Notes under the pieces: generated by a model
Told to the model about the DNA's origin: nothing
Databases searched by the model: none
What the model saw: the letters and a program-made list of their open reading frames with translations, nothing else
Assembly (NCBI RefSeq): GCF_000315625.1
Contig: NW_005434535.1
Span: forward strand, 107,456 to 154,338
Source: Guillardia theta CCMP2712
Taxonomy: Eukaryota > Protista > Cryptophyta
Direction: 5' to 3'
Length of the DNA: 46,883 nucleotides
Shown: piece after piece, positions 24,851-37,805 of the stretch
How positions within the stretch are numbered: position 1 is the stretch's first letter
Layout of the letters: every line of letters starts with the position of its first letter
Translations under genes and position numbers: made by a program

Positions 24851-26634
24851 ATGTCCTCGCCGGCTGTCAGGCAAGAAGCGGAGGAGAGGAGGAGAGAGGA
24901 GAGGAAGAGAGAGCAGAGCAGAGCAGAGCAGAGATAGAAGAGGAGGAGAGGAGGAGAGAAGGAGAGAAGAGGGGGAGGAGGAGACAAGGGAAGACAAGGG
25001 AAGACAACGAGGTAGGTGGAAGAGGCGTTGAGGTGGGAAAGTTGACGGGAAGCAGAGAAGGAGGAAGAGGAAGTGGGAAGAGAGGATGGAGATCCTATAG
25101 ATTCCATGTGATGTTTGCTGCAGAACTGCTGCGATTGAGCTCTTGGACGCTCGTGCCGCCGAAGGGACGCTGGAGGGTTTCAAGTTCGATGCAGACATCT
25201 GCCGACAGGCCTTCAACTACTATGACAAGGTATGCGCCCTCAACCTGGTCCTCCTGACCTGCAGCTGACGTCCCTTCAAGGACAGGTCAGGCTTTCTGGA
25301 CCTCCAGGAGCTGATGAAGCTCGCTGAAGTCCTCTGGGACACTTTCTACCCCAACGGTGAACCTGGAGGCTCGGCTGCCATGGCGAGCATTGATATCTTG
25401 TTATCCCTCCAGGCCCGAAGATCGATGAGCCGACTAAGATGGTATGTCTCGGGTTGTAGATGACAACGATCCCTCAATGACGTGATCGCGCGCAGTACAT
25501 GGTGAAGGAGATCATGGCCGGCACCGATAACAACAAGGATTCGCGGATCAGCTTCCAGGAGTTCCTCCCGTGGTACAAGCGGATGGCAGAGAAGGTGAAT
25601 TCTCTCTATCCCTTCGTTTATCCTCCTCATTTTCTCCTCTTCCTCCTCCTCCTCGTTTTCTCCTCCTCCTCCTCCTCCACCTCCACCTCTGCAACTGCGC
25701 TTGGACTTCTTCATTTGTTTTTGGTCCTCTGCTGAAAGATTGTTCAATGTGGTGATATCCCCGGCAACTCTATCCCTAGTTGTATCAGGAGCAGCCCTAA
25801 ATGTTGGAACCAATTGAACCGTACGGACGGTGATAGACGGCATATTTGTCTTAACGTTTATTACAAATCTTTACCATAGCTTTCTTGCTTTGTGTCGATG
25901 NNNNNNNNNNNNNNNNNNNNNNNNNNNNNNNNNNNNNNNNNNNNNNNNNNNNNNNNNNNNNNNNNNNNNNNNNNNNNNNNNNNNNNNNNNNNNNNNNNNN
26001 GACCGCGAAGCAGTTCACGTCGTTGCCCTGGCTCCAGGCGTTGGTGCCGTCCAGGTAGGAGAAGAAGGGCTTCAGGATGAACTGAGAGAGCGCAGGCCGC
26101 AGACACTGACACACCTGCCGGAACAGCCGCGCCGCCGCCTCCTTCACACGCCCATCGATCCCCTCCTCATCCTCCTCCTCCTCCTCCTCCTCATTTTCCC
26201 TTCCTCCTCCTCCTCCTCATTTTCTCCTCCATCTCTACCTCTCCTCCTCTTCGTTTTCTCGTTCTCTTTCTCCTGGCGTGTCCCTCCCTATTTCTATCCT
26301 CCCCCAGCCCAACCCAACATTTTCTTACACTGATGCTCTCGTGAACGCAGCACTGGCGAGCAACGCACAGGAAAGGTAAGGGAGGAAAGCAGAAGCAGAG
26401 CTGTCCTCACTTTGAGTCCGCAGAACCTTCCCCAGCACCGAAGGTGAAGCTCGGTGCCGCCCAGACTCCCAAGCTGCCAGACCCTCCTGCTAAGACCGGG
26501 GCTGCGGTGCAGTTCAAGTGCGTGCTGACCAACGAGGTGGGAGAGGAGGAGGAGGAGCTTGCAGTCGAACTTTGACGTCTGTGCTGCTGGCAGACCTACT
26601 ACGGCATTCCTTGCAAATGCAGCTCCTTGAGTTG
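24851..26634 (+). CDS. EF-hand calcium-binding protein (2 EF-hands), spans an N-gap
   Basis: Spliced: MSSPAVR|TAAIELLD...CRQAFNYYDK|DRSGFLDLQELMKL...|...|YMVKEIMAGTDNNKDSRISFQEFLPWYKRMAEK. Canonical loops DKDRSGFLDLQE and DNNKDSRISFQE. The first intron uses a GC donor. The 3' exons are tentative. Confidence 0.82.
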
Positions 26635-26928
26635 AACTGAGCCAAGGGCAGTGCTGGCTTGAAGTGGGAGGAGAGGTCGGAGTGGTCGTAGGGTCGAACA
26701 CGGAGTAAGGGGATACGCGGGTTGGGTGATAACGTTAACTCCACGATGGAGTACAACGACAAACAACACAAACAAACATTGCAAGCGCATCAAGTCACTT
26801 CACAACATTCCTCATAACACTTGTTCCCATGATCAACAGCTACCCAGCAGAATCCGCAGCCATATCTCCCACTGTTACAACTTTACTAGCAGCGAACAAG
26901 AGGAACCGTTCCAGCTCTCAGCTCAGCT

Positions 26929-27843
26929 CTACTCGTAGATCCAGCTCTCAGAGTGAGAATCCCACTTGGTCACGCCCTCGGGGAACCTGAAAAGCAGCTT
27001 TGAGACACGGAAAGAGCAACAGGGCGACGAGTGGAGGATAACGGGCCCAGGGACAACTCCAGTCTCGCATACTATGTCCGTAACCTGATCCCGACTCCCC
27101 CCCCTTCCCCTGCTACCTGCCTCTGCTCTCCTCTGCTCCATTGCTCTGTCTGTCTCCCCCTCTTCCTATCCTCCTCCCTCCCCATCCCCTCCCTTGACAT
27201 CCTTACCAGAGTGAGATCTCACGAACGGCGGTCTCAACAGCGTCAGACCCATGGCAAACGTTCCTCCCCACATCGATCGCGTAGTCCCCACGAACGGTTC
27301 CTACCACGCCAGTCAGCTCCATGTCAGGGTAGAGGAGGAGCAGAGCAGACCAGGAGCAGACTCCGAGGGCTTGGTAGCTCCCAGGATCGTCCTGCCGGCC
27401 TTGACAACACCATCGCCTTCCCACACCTGCAAGTGATGATGTCATAGAAAGGAAGAGAAGAAAAGCAACAATGAAGAAAGAGCAAATAGCAGAGGGCAAA
27501 GGGCGGGAGTAGGAGTAGGAAATGGGCAGGGGAGCAGGGGGAAGGGGCAGGGGCAGGGGCGGGAGTAGTTGTACCATGGGGACGACAGGCCCAGAAGTCA
27601 TGTAGGACATCAAGGAGGGGAAGAAAGGCTTGCTGACAAGATCCTTGTAGTGCTGGCGCAAAAGCTCCTCGTCTGCTCTCTCCCTCAGTCGCTGACTGCA
27701 AGCAGAACGAGGATGCTGCTGCTCACCGGCCTGAACCATCTTGAGAGCAACGAGCTTGAAGCCCTTCTGCTCGAAGCGAGTGATGATGTTACCAACCTGC
27801 ATCAACAGGTCAGATCCTCCTCCTCCTCCTCCTCCTCACCCTC

Positions 27844-27875
<32 letters not shown>

Positions 27876-28647
27876 GTTTTCATCATCATCATGATCGTCA
27901 TCGTCATCGTCATCGTCATCGTCGTCTTCATCATCTTCATCATATCAGTTTTCTCTCCTATCACCAACTTACCAACCCACGCTGAACGGCATCAGGCTTG
28001 ACCATGATGAAAGTTCTCTCGCGCTCCTTCATCTGAAGGGTCGACATGCCGCGGGCAGCCATGGGGCGAACAGAGGTTCTGACGCCATCCGTCGTCAATG
28101 ACAGAACGAACATGGGGAGCGATAAGAAGGACAGAGAGGATGAGCAGAAGCGAGCAAGGGTAAGGAGACCAGGATCAGGGCGGGGGCGGGGGCGGGGGCA
28201 GCATAGTGGACCTGAGGGCGCTTCCGAAGGCTGTAGAAGTTCTGCACACTGCAGGGGCAAAACCACGACGAGCAAGTGAGACGGTGGAAGGAGAGAAGCC
28301 AAAGGCTGTTGGAGTCTGCGGTGAGTCGTCAGATGTAGCTAGAAATGGCAGAGAATTCCGCGATCGACGCTCCTGCTCGTCCTCATGCTCCTTGGGATCC
28401 TAATCCTTTCTGTTCTGCCACGTTTGTTCCCCTCCTCCTTATCCTCCTCGTTGGCCTGCACTAATCATCTTCCCCTCATGTAATGATTCCGATCCCAAGT
28501 TTTCGCCCCCCCCCCCGCCCACCCCCCCACTTCCTCTGCTCTCCCGTCCTCTCCTGTACCATCCTCTCTTGTTTCTCCCTTGCCCTCCTCTCCTCTCCTC
28601 ACCATCGCCATCATGCCGACAAGAAGCGCCTTCATAAATTTCGCCAT
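26929..28647 (-). CDS. NDK: Nucleoside diphosphate kinase, probably plastid-targeted
   Basis: [16 protein letters not shown]|[19 protein letters not shown]...[11 protein letters not shown]...SGPVVPM|VWEG...[20 protein letters not shown]...WIYE*. Leader [15 protein letters not shown]|[10 protein letters not shown] plus a basic transit peptide. Confidence 0.96.
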
Positions 28648-28775
28648 CGGAGGCCGTAGAATCCTCTCAACAACCCCTACCCCCTTTAATCCTCAAAAGT
28701 ACCCCACCCTAGGGTTGGTGGGTGAGTGCTTTATTACCTCGGGTGTGAGGGCGATGAGCGAGGGGACGGAACGCC

Positions 28776-28819
28776 ATGCTGCCGGTGATGTTCCTGGCCA
28801 TGCTGGGGGGAGGAGCAGG

Positions 28820-28873
<54 letters not shown>

Positions 28874-30976
28874 TGGAGGAGCAGGGAGTCTGTCTTTCTG
28901 TGCGCCCTTGGCTGGCTTGCCTCTTCTCAAGAGCACCCTCGAGTCTCCCTATGCTGCAAGCCTGTGGAGCAGGGGGAGGAGGGGGGAGAGACTGGAATTG
29001 CGAACCTGCGACATCAGCCAAGGAAGGAAGAGTTGGGCATGTCCGAGGCAGCTGGCTGGAAGGATGAGAGGAAGGTATGTCGAACCTTGTGTTGTCGAAG
29101 GTGACTTTCGATGGCAGCGCGAGTAATTTGGAGTCTGATGTGGACCCAGTTGAGAAGTTTGTTTCACTGCTAGCAGAGAGCGTGTCGAGCGGCTCTTTCG
29201 CAAAGTGCACGTTAAGCAAGAACAAGGGGGAGGAGAAGACGCTGGTCAACATCTACGTGAGGATGGTGGAGGTGAAGAAGAAGGCTGCGCTGCAGTTCTT
29301 GTACAGACACAAGACCAATGACATCTACAAGAACTACAACCTTGAGGAGTGCGTTGAGAACATGCGAGGTCTCCTGACTTCAAGCTTCAAGCAAGCTCAT
29401 CTCTTCACGACGGAGGGGGATTGGGAAATAATGATAGGGAAGAAGACGAGGCTAGTGAAGGTGAAGAAAGCAACTTTCGAGGAGCCTGTCTCCCGGCAGC
29501 ACGACAGGACCAAGAACTTGATCGTGTCGAAACAAGAGCAGTACCTGCAGCTTCTAGGGATCACCAACAACGAAGGACAAGCGAGACCGGGGATGGTGAG
29601 GGCGGGCGAGGGCATCTGACTCCCCCACTGATCGCCTCCAGGTTGACAAGTTGCGACAAATCCAAAACTTCGTATCTGTGCTCGAGAATCTGATGAAGGA
29701 CTCAGGGATTGCCAAGGTCCTGACATGTTTGCGATGATGGTGAGGATGTGAAGGTGTTGGTTGACTGGTCAGCAGACGTCGCTGCTAGACGACGAACAGG
29801 CCGGTCCCCCGCTGACTGTCCTGGACATGGGATGCGGGAAGGGGTATTTGACTTTTGCTGCTCACGATTACCTCACGAACAAGTGTGGGATCAAAGTGAG
29901 GACAAAGGTATTCCTTCCTTCCTCCTGCCAGCGCAGATTTTTGGTTCTCTGTGCCATGTCTCCTCCTCCCACACCCTGCTCCTTCCTCGTCAGCGACAAC
30001 AACGCTTGTTGTTGGTGTTGTTGTGATTCATTACAATTGTTGTGTCTGGCATTTCGATTGCATTGTTGCAACATGTGCATGTGTTTTGAGAAGATTGGTC
30101 AACGTCACTTCATCATTCACTCACTTTTCTTTCAACTTCACCATTCACTTAGTTTTCTTTCAGGGTGTTGAAATGCGTCAAGAGCTTGTCGACAAGACAA
30201 ACGAGTGGGCCAGGGAGCTGAACATGCACCCTGTAAGAACACGCGGAGATGAGGAGAGAACAGAAGGGGTACAAGTGAGGAGAGGAGAGGAGAGGAGAGG
30301 AGAGGAGAGGAGAGGAGAGGAGAGGAAGTATGGAGAGGTAGAAAAAGCAAGCAGCAGCAGGCCGCAGAAAGGAGAGGCGGTGAGAGGGGGGGAGAGGGAG
30401 GGGGAAGTGCAGTGAGGTGAAAGAGGGGGAGCATGTAGAAGCTTACGATTTCTTGCAAGAATGATGCTGACGGGAGCAACTCTGCTGGACTTTCCTTTGC
30501 TCAAGGTATGATACGTATGAGGAGGAGGAGAGATGGAGGAAAGGGGAGATTAGGGGCAGGAGGACGAAGGAGGGAAAGGGCAGAGGAGGGAGGTGAAGGC
30601 TGATGGGAGGGCAAGAAACGAGCTGCTACGTCTGAGGGTGAAGGAAGGTTTCATATCCAACACCTTCGCGAGCAAGGAGGAGGAGCAGGAGAAGATTGAC
30701 GTGCTGGTGGACGTCTCTTGCTGCCTCGTACCCTCGTGCTGACTCAGTTCCAGGTTGCGTTACATGCTTGCGATACAGCAACGGATGATGCTATCTTCAG
30801 GTACCTCCTCTCCCTTGTTCCTTCTCCCTCCCCTTTGTCCCACTATCTTTTTTCATCCTCCTTTTCTACGGCTCAATTTCAGATTCTCACTCTCTTGTTA
30901 CCCTTCTTCTTATTCTTCTTCTTTCTCCTCCTCCTCCACATCTCCATCGTCATCGTCGTCGTCGTCATCGTCGTCG

Positions 30977-31050
<74 letters not shown>

Positions 31051-32823
31051 CTGTTCCAACTACATCAACAATAACGACATCAATGACAACGACAGTCACA
31101 AACCCAAAGTAGCAAAACACCAACAACAGACAACAAACAGCAAAAGAACCAACTTGAACAACAGTCACTTCGTTCACTCCTGCTCTACTTCACTCACCTT
31201 CCCTTCCTATTTCCGTTCCCTCCCTCTCTCCTTCTTCTCCCTCAAACATTAAAACCTCTCTAGCGGCATATCAGCGGGGGCAAAGATCATTATCACAGCT
31301 CCTTGCTGCCACAAGGAGATCCGTCGACAGGTGCAGCCACCTACCTCTCCCTGTTCAAACTCTCCTCCCTCTTTCCTCTCCCGCTTACCTTCCCAGCTCC
31401 ACCGCTCCCCTCCCTTCTCCTCTTCCTTACTAACTCCTCTTCTTTCCTTCCTGCTACGCCTTCTCTTCCTCCCTCCTCCCCGCTCCCACACCTGCTTTTC
31501 TTCCCTCCCTCTGGTCTTCTCGTCTTTCTTTCACCATCCATCTCTTACACTTCCATCCTCATTTTCTCTGCTCTTCTCTTCCTCCACCTTTTCCAACTCA
31601 CCCCTCTGCCTTCCTGTCAGATCGACGCGGGGAGTGCACGGAAAAAGGACGAGTTGCAAGACATCCTGAGCCATGGGATCCTGAGCGAGAGGGTGAGGAG
31701 AGGAGGAAAGGAGGACAAGGACAAGGACAAGAACGAGCTAGAAGGGGTCAGGCATGAAGTGATATGCATGAGGGAGAGGAGAGCAGAGGAGGAGGAGCTG
31801 ATGATCGTCTGAGGGCCTTCACAGGAATCAGAGATTGTCACTGATGCCGTTCGCGCCCTTCTGCTTGAGATTGCTGGTTACAGGTGACACTATACTGCTC
31901 TAAGTTGAGGGCACTTGCTTCCTCCTCTCCTCCTCTCCTCCTCTCCTCCTCTCCTCCTCTCCTCCTCTCCCTTCTCCTCCCTCCCTCAAACTCCTTCTCT
32001 TCTCCTCCCTCTCTTCTCCTTGCTCGTCCTCCCTCTCTTGTCCTCTTCTTCTCTCCTCTCTCTGCCCCCTTTCTCTCCTCCCCCACTTTCCTTCCTAGTC
32101 TCCTCCCCTTCCCCTGTCTCCCCTTCCTTTTGCTCACTCTCTCCATCTCTCGTGCCTCGTCTCCTCGTCTTCTCTATCTCCTTCTCGCTTCTCTCCCTTC
32201 GTTCCTCTCTCCCTCTCCCTCCCTCGCCTTTCCTTCCTTGCCCGCCTCCTCTTTCTGCTCCTCTTTGCATTTCTCCTTACTCCTCCACATCCCTTCCCCC
32301 TTCTTGCTCCCTCCTCTTCCGCTTTCTTCGCACTCAGCTTCTTATTCCTTCGATTCTTTGCAGGTCGAACGTAATTGAGTTCATATCTAGCGAGCACACA
32401 GCAAAAAATCTGATGATCACTGGTAGATTACTTCCTCCTCGTTTCCGCATGTTCATCCCTCCTGCCCCCTTTCTTTCCCGCTCTCCGCTCTTCATTCCTC
32501 CCTCCTCCCTTCCTCTTTCCTTTCACCTTTCCTCTGCCTCCCTTCTTTCTTCGTTCCTCCTTCCATTCCCCTCCCTCCCTCCTCCCTTCCTCTTCACTCC
32601 CTCCTCCCTTTCTCTCTCTCTCTCTTCTCCCCCCAACCTCCTCCTCCTCTCACTGTCACTGTCAGCTGTAAAGAGGCAGAAGCCGCCCAACGTCGTTGAG
32701 CTTCGCCGGCGTTTGACCACCCTCTTTGACTTCTACGACATCAAACAGCAGCGACTCGCCCAGCTGCTGGGGGAGCTGCCGACGGTTGAGAGGTTGTCAA
32801 AGCTTGTCAAGCTCTTGTTGTGA
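28776..32823 (+). CDS. Class I SAM-dependent methyltransferase (Methyltransf_32-like, bacterial-type) with N-terminal targeting extension
   Basis: Motifs QHDRTKN, LGITNNEG...DKLRQIQNF, VLDMGCGKGYLTFA, GVEMRQELV, VALHACDTATDDA, APCCHKE, TDAVRALLLEIAGY and EFISSEHTAKNLMITA. Confidence 0.88.
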
Positions 32824-33151
32824 CGTGCTGGGTGTCAGGGAGAAGAGAAAGATGCGGGCGGAGGGTCAGAGTGTAGGAATATTGGACGAGCAGATTTGAC
32901 GTGAGAAATCGACGGGAGAGTCAAATGAGGAGGCGAAGGAAGAGGAGCAGGAGCAAGAGGAGGAAGAGGAGGAGGGGGGGGGGAGGAAGAGTAAAGAAAA
33001 GAGAAAAGGAAGAGAGAAGGACGGGATTGAAAGAAGAGGGACGGAGAGTCGGCGACGCGAGCGGAAGGAGTATAAATTATGCAGGGATGGGGGGAAGAGC
33101 TCAACGGAAGCGAGGTGTAGACAAGGGGCGGGAGGAGGGATTCCTTGTATC

Positions 33152-34067
33152 TTATTTGATTGAAGCTTGAAGATGGCCTGACAGCAGCTGCTTGACTTCT
33201 TCCTCCGTCAAGTATTTCCAGCCGCCCTGCTCGCATCAGGTCAAGAACAAGTCCAAGGAGGCCCAGCAAAGGTTTCCCACCTCCTCTAGCCCTGCCGGCA
33301 GCTCCTGGGAGATGCTTGTCAGGTCACGAGGTAGAGGGGAACGGAGCAGAGGAGATGGGGCAGGGGAGGGAGCAGCAGGAGCAGCGGGAAGGGAAAAGTA
33401 GCAGCAGCGGAGGGGGAGCAGCAGCAGCAGCAGCAGCAGCAGCGGAGGGGGAGCAGCAGCAGGGACAACCATCCCCGCGATGGAAGCTCGGTGTAGTTTC
33501 TCCACTCTGTTACCGCACGCAGCAATCATGCGCTTGACCTGCACGACTGTCAAGACCTTTCCAAGTATCTCCCGCACAATTCAAATTTTGTACAAGACGT
33601 TTCCAAGTCTTGTCAGTACATTCGACATTTGGTATCAAACATTGCACATCGCTGTCAAATTTCGACCTGGTGGTACTTGCCCTCAGTCAGCGACAGCTCT
33701 ACCAATGTCTCCTCCAGCTGTTTGACAGCTGTCGGTGTCACGATAGTCCCCGGCTCGTCCTTCAGCTGGGGGGTTCAGATGTCAAACAGGATTGATTTTC
33801 TTCCGTCCACGTCTAAGGTTCCTTAACTTCCTCCTCCCCTACATACTTCATATTCCTTCCCTTTCATCCCTCCATGCCGTCCGAATCGAAAGTATCTTAG
33901 TACCTTTCTGTTGTTCTCTATTCCTCATCCTTCTCACCCTCGTTCTCCTCCTCGTCGTCGTCGTCGTCCTCCTCCTCCTCCTCCTCCTCCTCCTCCTCCT
34001 CCTGATCCTCCTCCTCCTCCTCCTCCTCCTCCTCCTCGACTCCTCCTCCTCCTCCTCCTCCCCTCAC

Positions 34068-34150
<83 letters not shown>

Positions 34151-34932
34151 TCCAACATCATCGACACACCTCGACGCCAGCTGACAGCGAGTCGACGAGC
34201 TCTGGTGTCACCGCTGTGGTCAAGCTTGTCAAACAGCAGAGAATCACAGCAAGTCTCCAGCTGGAGTCTCACGATGTTTGACAGTGACGTGGTAGACTTT
34301 CTCCTTCTCTCGCTTCCTGCCATCCCCTCAACTCATCGCCCGACCCAACACGATCGCCCTACGGTGACGTCATTGCATGGATGAACTGACCGTCGTCGGA
34401 CAGCAGTAGCATCCCTGTCGTGTCCTGTGCGGCTCTCAGTCCCTCCTGCTGAAGCTGCTTCCTCCAGCCCACCTGATCCAGCCTCCCGACGCTCTGAACC
34501 CCCCTGACCTGGTTCAGCTGCAGTCAGACTTACTCTGACAACTTCCTGCTCCTCCTACCTGGAACTGCTCGGGGAACAACTCGAAGATGGAGGCGTGCGC
34601 AGATGGCTTGTTGGAGCACTCGTACCCTGAACAGCAAGAGGAGGGAGGAGGAGTCTCGTTCACGGGGACAGATAGGGGAGGTGAGACTCCACCTGCGGGC
34701 TTGTTCAGGACGACGTATACGTTGGTGCGGTACTGCCATTCTTCTTCGCCCACCGCGAACTCCATACCCTCCTGCACTTCGATCTTCTCCTGTTTCCATT
34801 GAGCATCTCACGTATGATCATCGCAGGTGGGAGGAGGCAAAACTTACCTTTGAGTCCAACACCTCCTGCCCTCCTATGCTCATAAGACCGCCTTCTATCA
34901 GCTCCTTGCAGAACTTCCTTGATCCGAACCCC
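33152..34932 (-). CDS. RsuA-family rRNA pseudouridine synthase, bacterial-type (5' end probably in gap)
   Basis: GFGSRKFCKELI (S4-like), YVVLNKPA|GYECS, catalytic VGRLDQ|DTTGMLLLSDDGQFIH, GKYHQ|VKRMIAACGNRVEKLHRASI and WKYLTEEEV. Stop at 33152-33154. Confidence 0.9.
34069..34150 (+). repeat. (CAT)n microsatellite, intronic; similar tracts near 30975-31050 and 42730-42800
   Basis: Long perfect CAT run. Confidence 0.9.
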
Positions 34933-35603
34933 TAGGCAGCACCAGGGTTCAGGGGATGATGAGAGTACGATTATAGCCATGGTATTAGAGTGGAGCAATG
35001 GAGAAATGAAGAGAGGAGGAAGATAGAAGGTGGCGGCGTTGAGGAGGAGGAGGAGGAGGAGGNNNNNNNNNNNNNNNNNNNNNNNNNNNNNNNNNNNNNN
35101 NNNNNNNNNNNNNNNNNNNNNNNNNNNNNNNNNNNNNNNNNNNNNNNNNNNNNNNNNNNNNNNNNNNNNNNNNNNNNNNNNNNNNNNNNNNNNNNNNNNN
35201 NNNNNNNNNNNNNNNNNNNNNNNNNNNNNNNNNNNNNNNNNNNNNNNNNNNNNNNNNNNNNNNNNNNNNNNNNNNNNNNNNNNNNNNNNNNNNNNNNNNN
35301 NNNNNNNNNNNNNNNNNNNNNNNNNNNNNNNNNNNNNNNNNNNNNNNNNNNNNNNNNNNNNNNNNNNNNNNNNNNNNNNNNNNNNNNNNNNNNNNNNNNN
35401 NNNNNNNNNNNNNNNNNNNNNNNNNNNNNNNNNNNNNNNNNNNNNNNNNNNNNNNNNNNNNNNNNNNNNNNNNNNNNNNNNNNNNNNNNNNNNNNNNNNN
35501 NNNNNNNNNNNNNNNNNNNNNNNNNNNNNNNNNNNNNNNNNNNNNNNNNNNNNNNNNNNNNNNNNNNNGGGGGGGGGGTGGTCGGAAGAGATAGAAGCAC
35601 TGA

Positions 35604-37526
<1,923 letters not shown>

Positions 37527-37805
37527 ATATCGATATGGGCCGATAAACTGCATTACGATTCTTCTTGTAACTCTCGCAGGTGTCGGTGGGGTCTGTTCCT
37601 CTCCCCCTGACACACCGTCTCAACACTTCAAAGGGACTCGACAGGCATCGAGCAATGGGAAGGAACAACATACAATCAGACGAAAGCACCACACTGATTC
37701 ACAGCAGAACGGATGGGAGAACGAGAAGCGACAGTGTGTTTACAAATTAGATTTCTTTGCTTCCGGTCTACCGGCCTGAAGATTAAGTGCTGCCAGCCCT
37801 ACTAC

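Noticed and set aside
30718-32670. Long Leu/Ser/Pro/Ile-rich ORFs
   Set aside because: Intronic CT and CAT repeats inside the methyltransferase gene.
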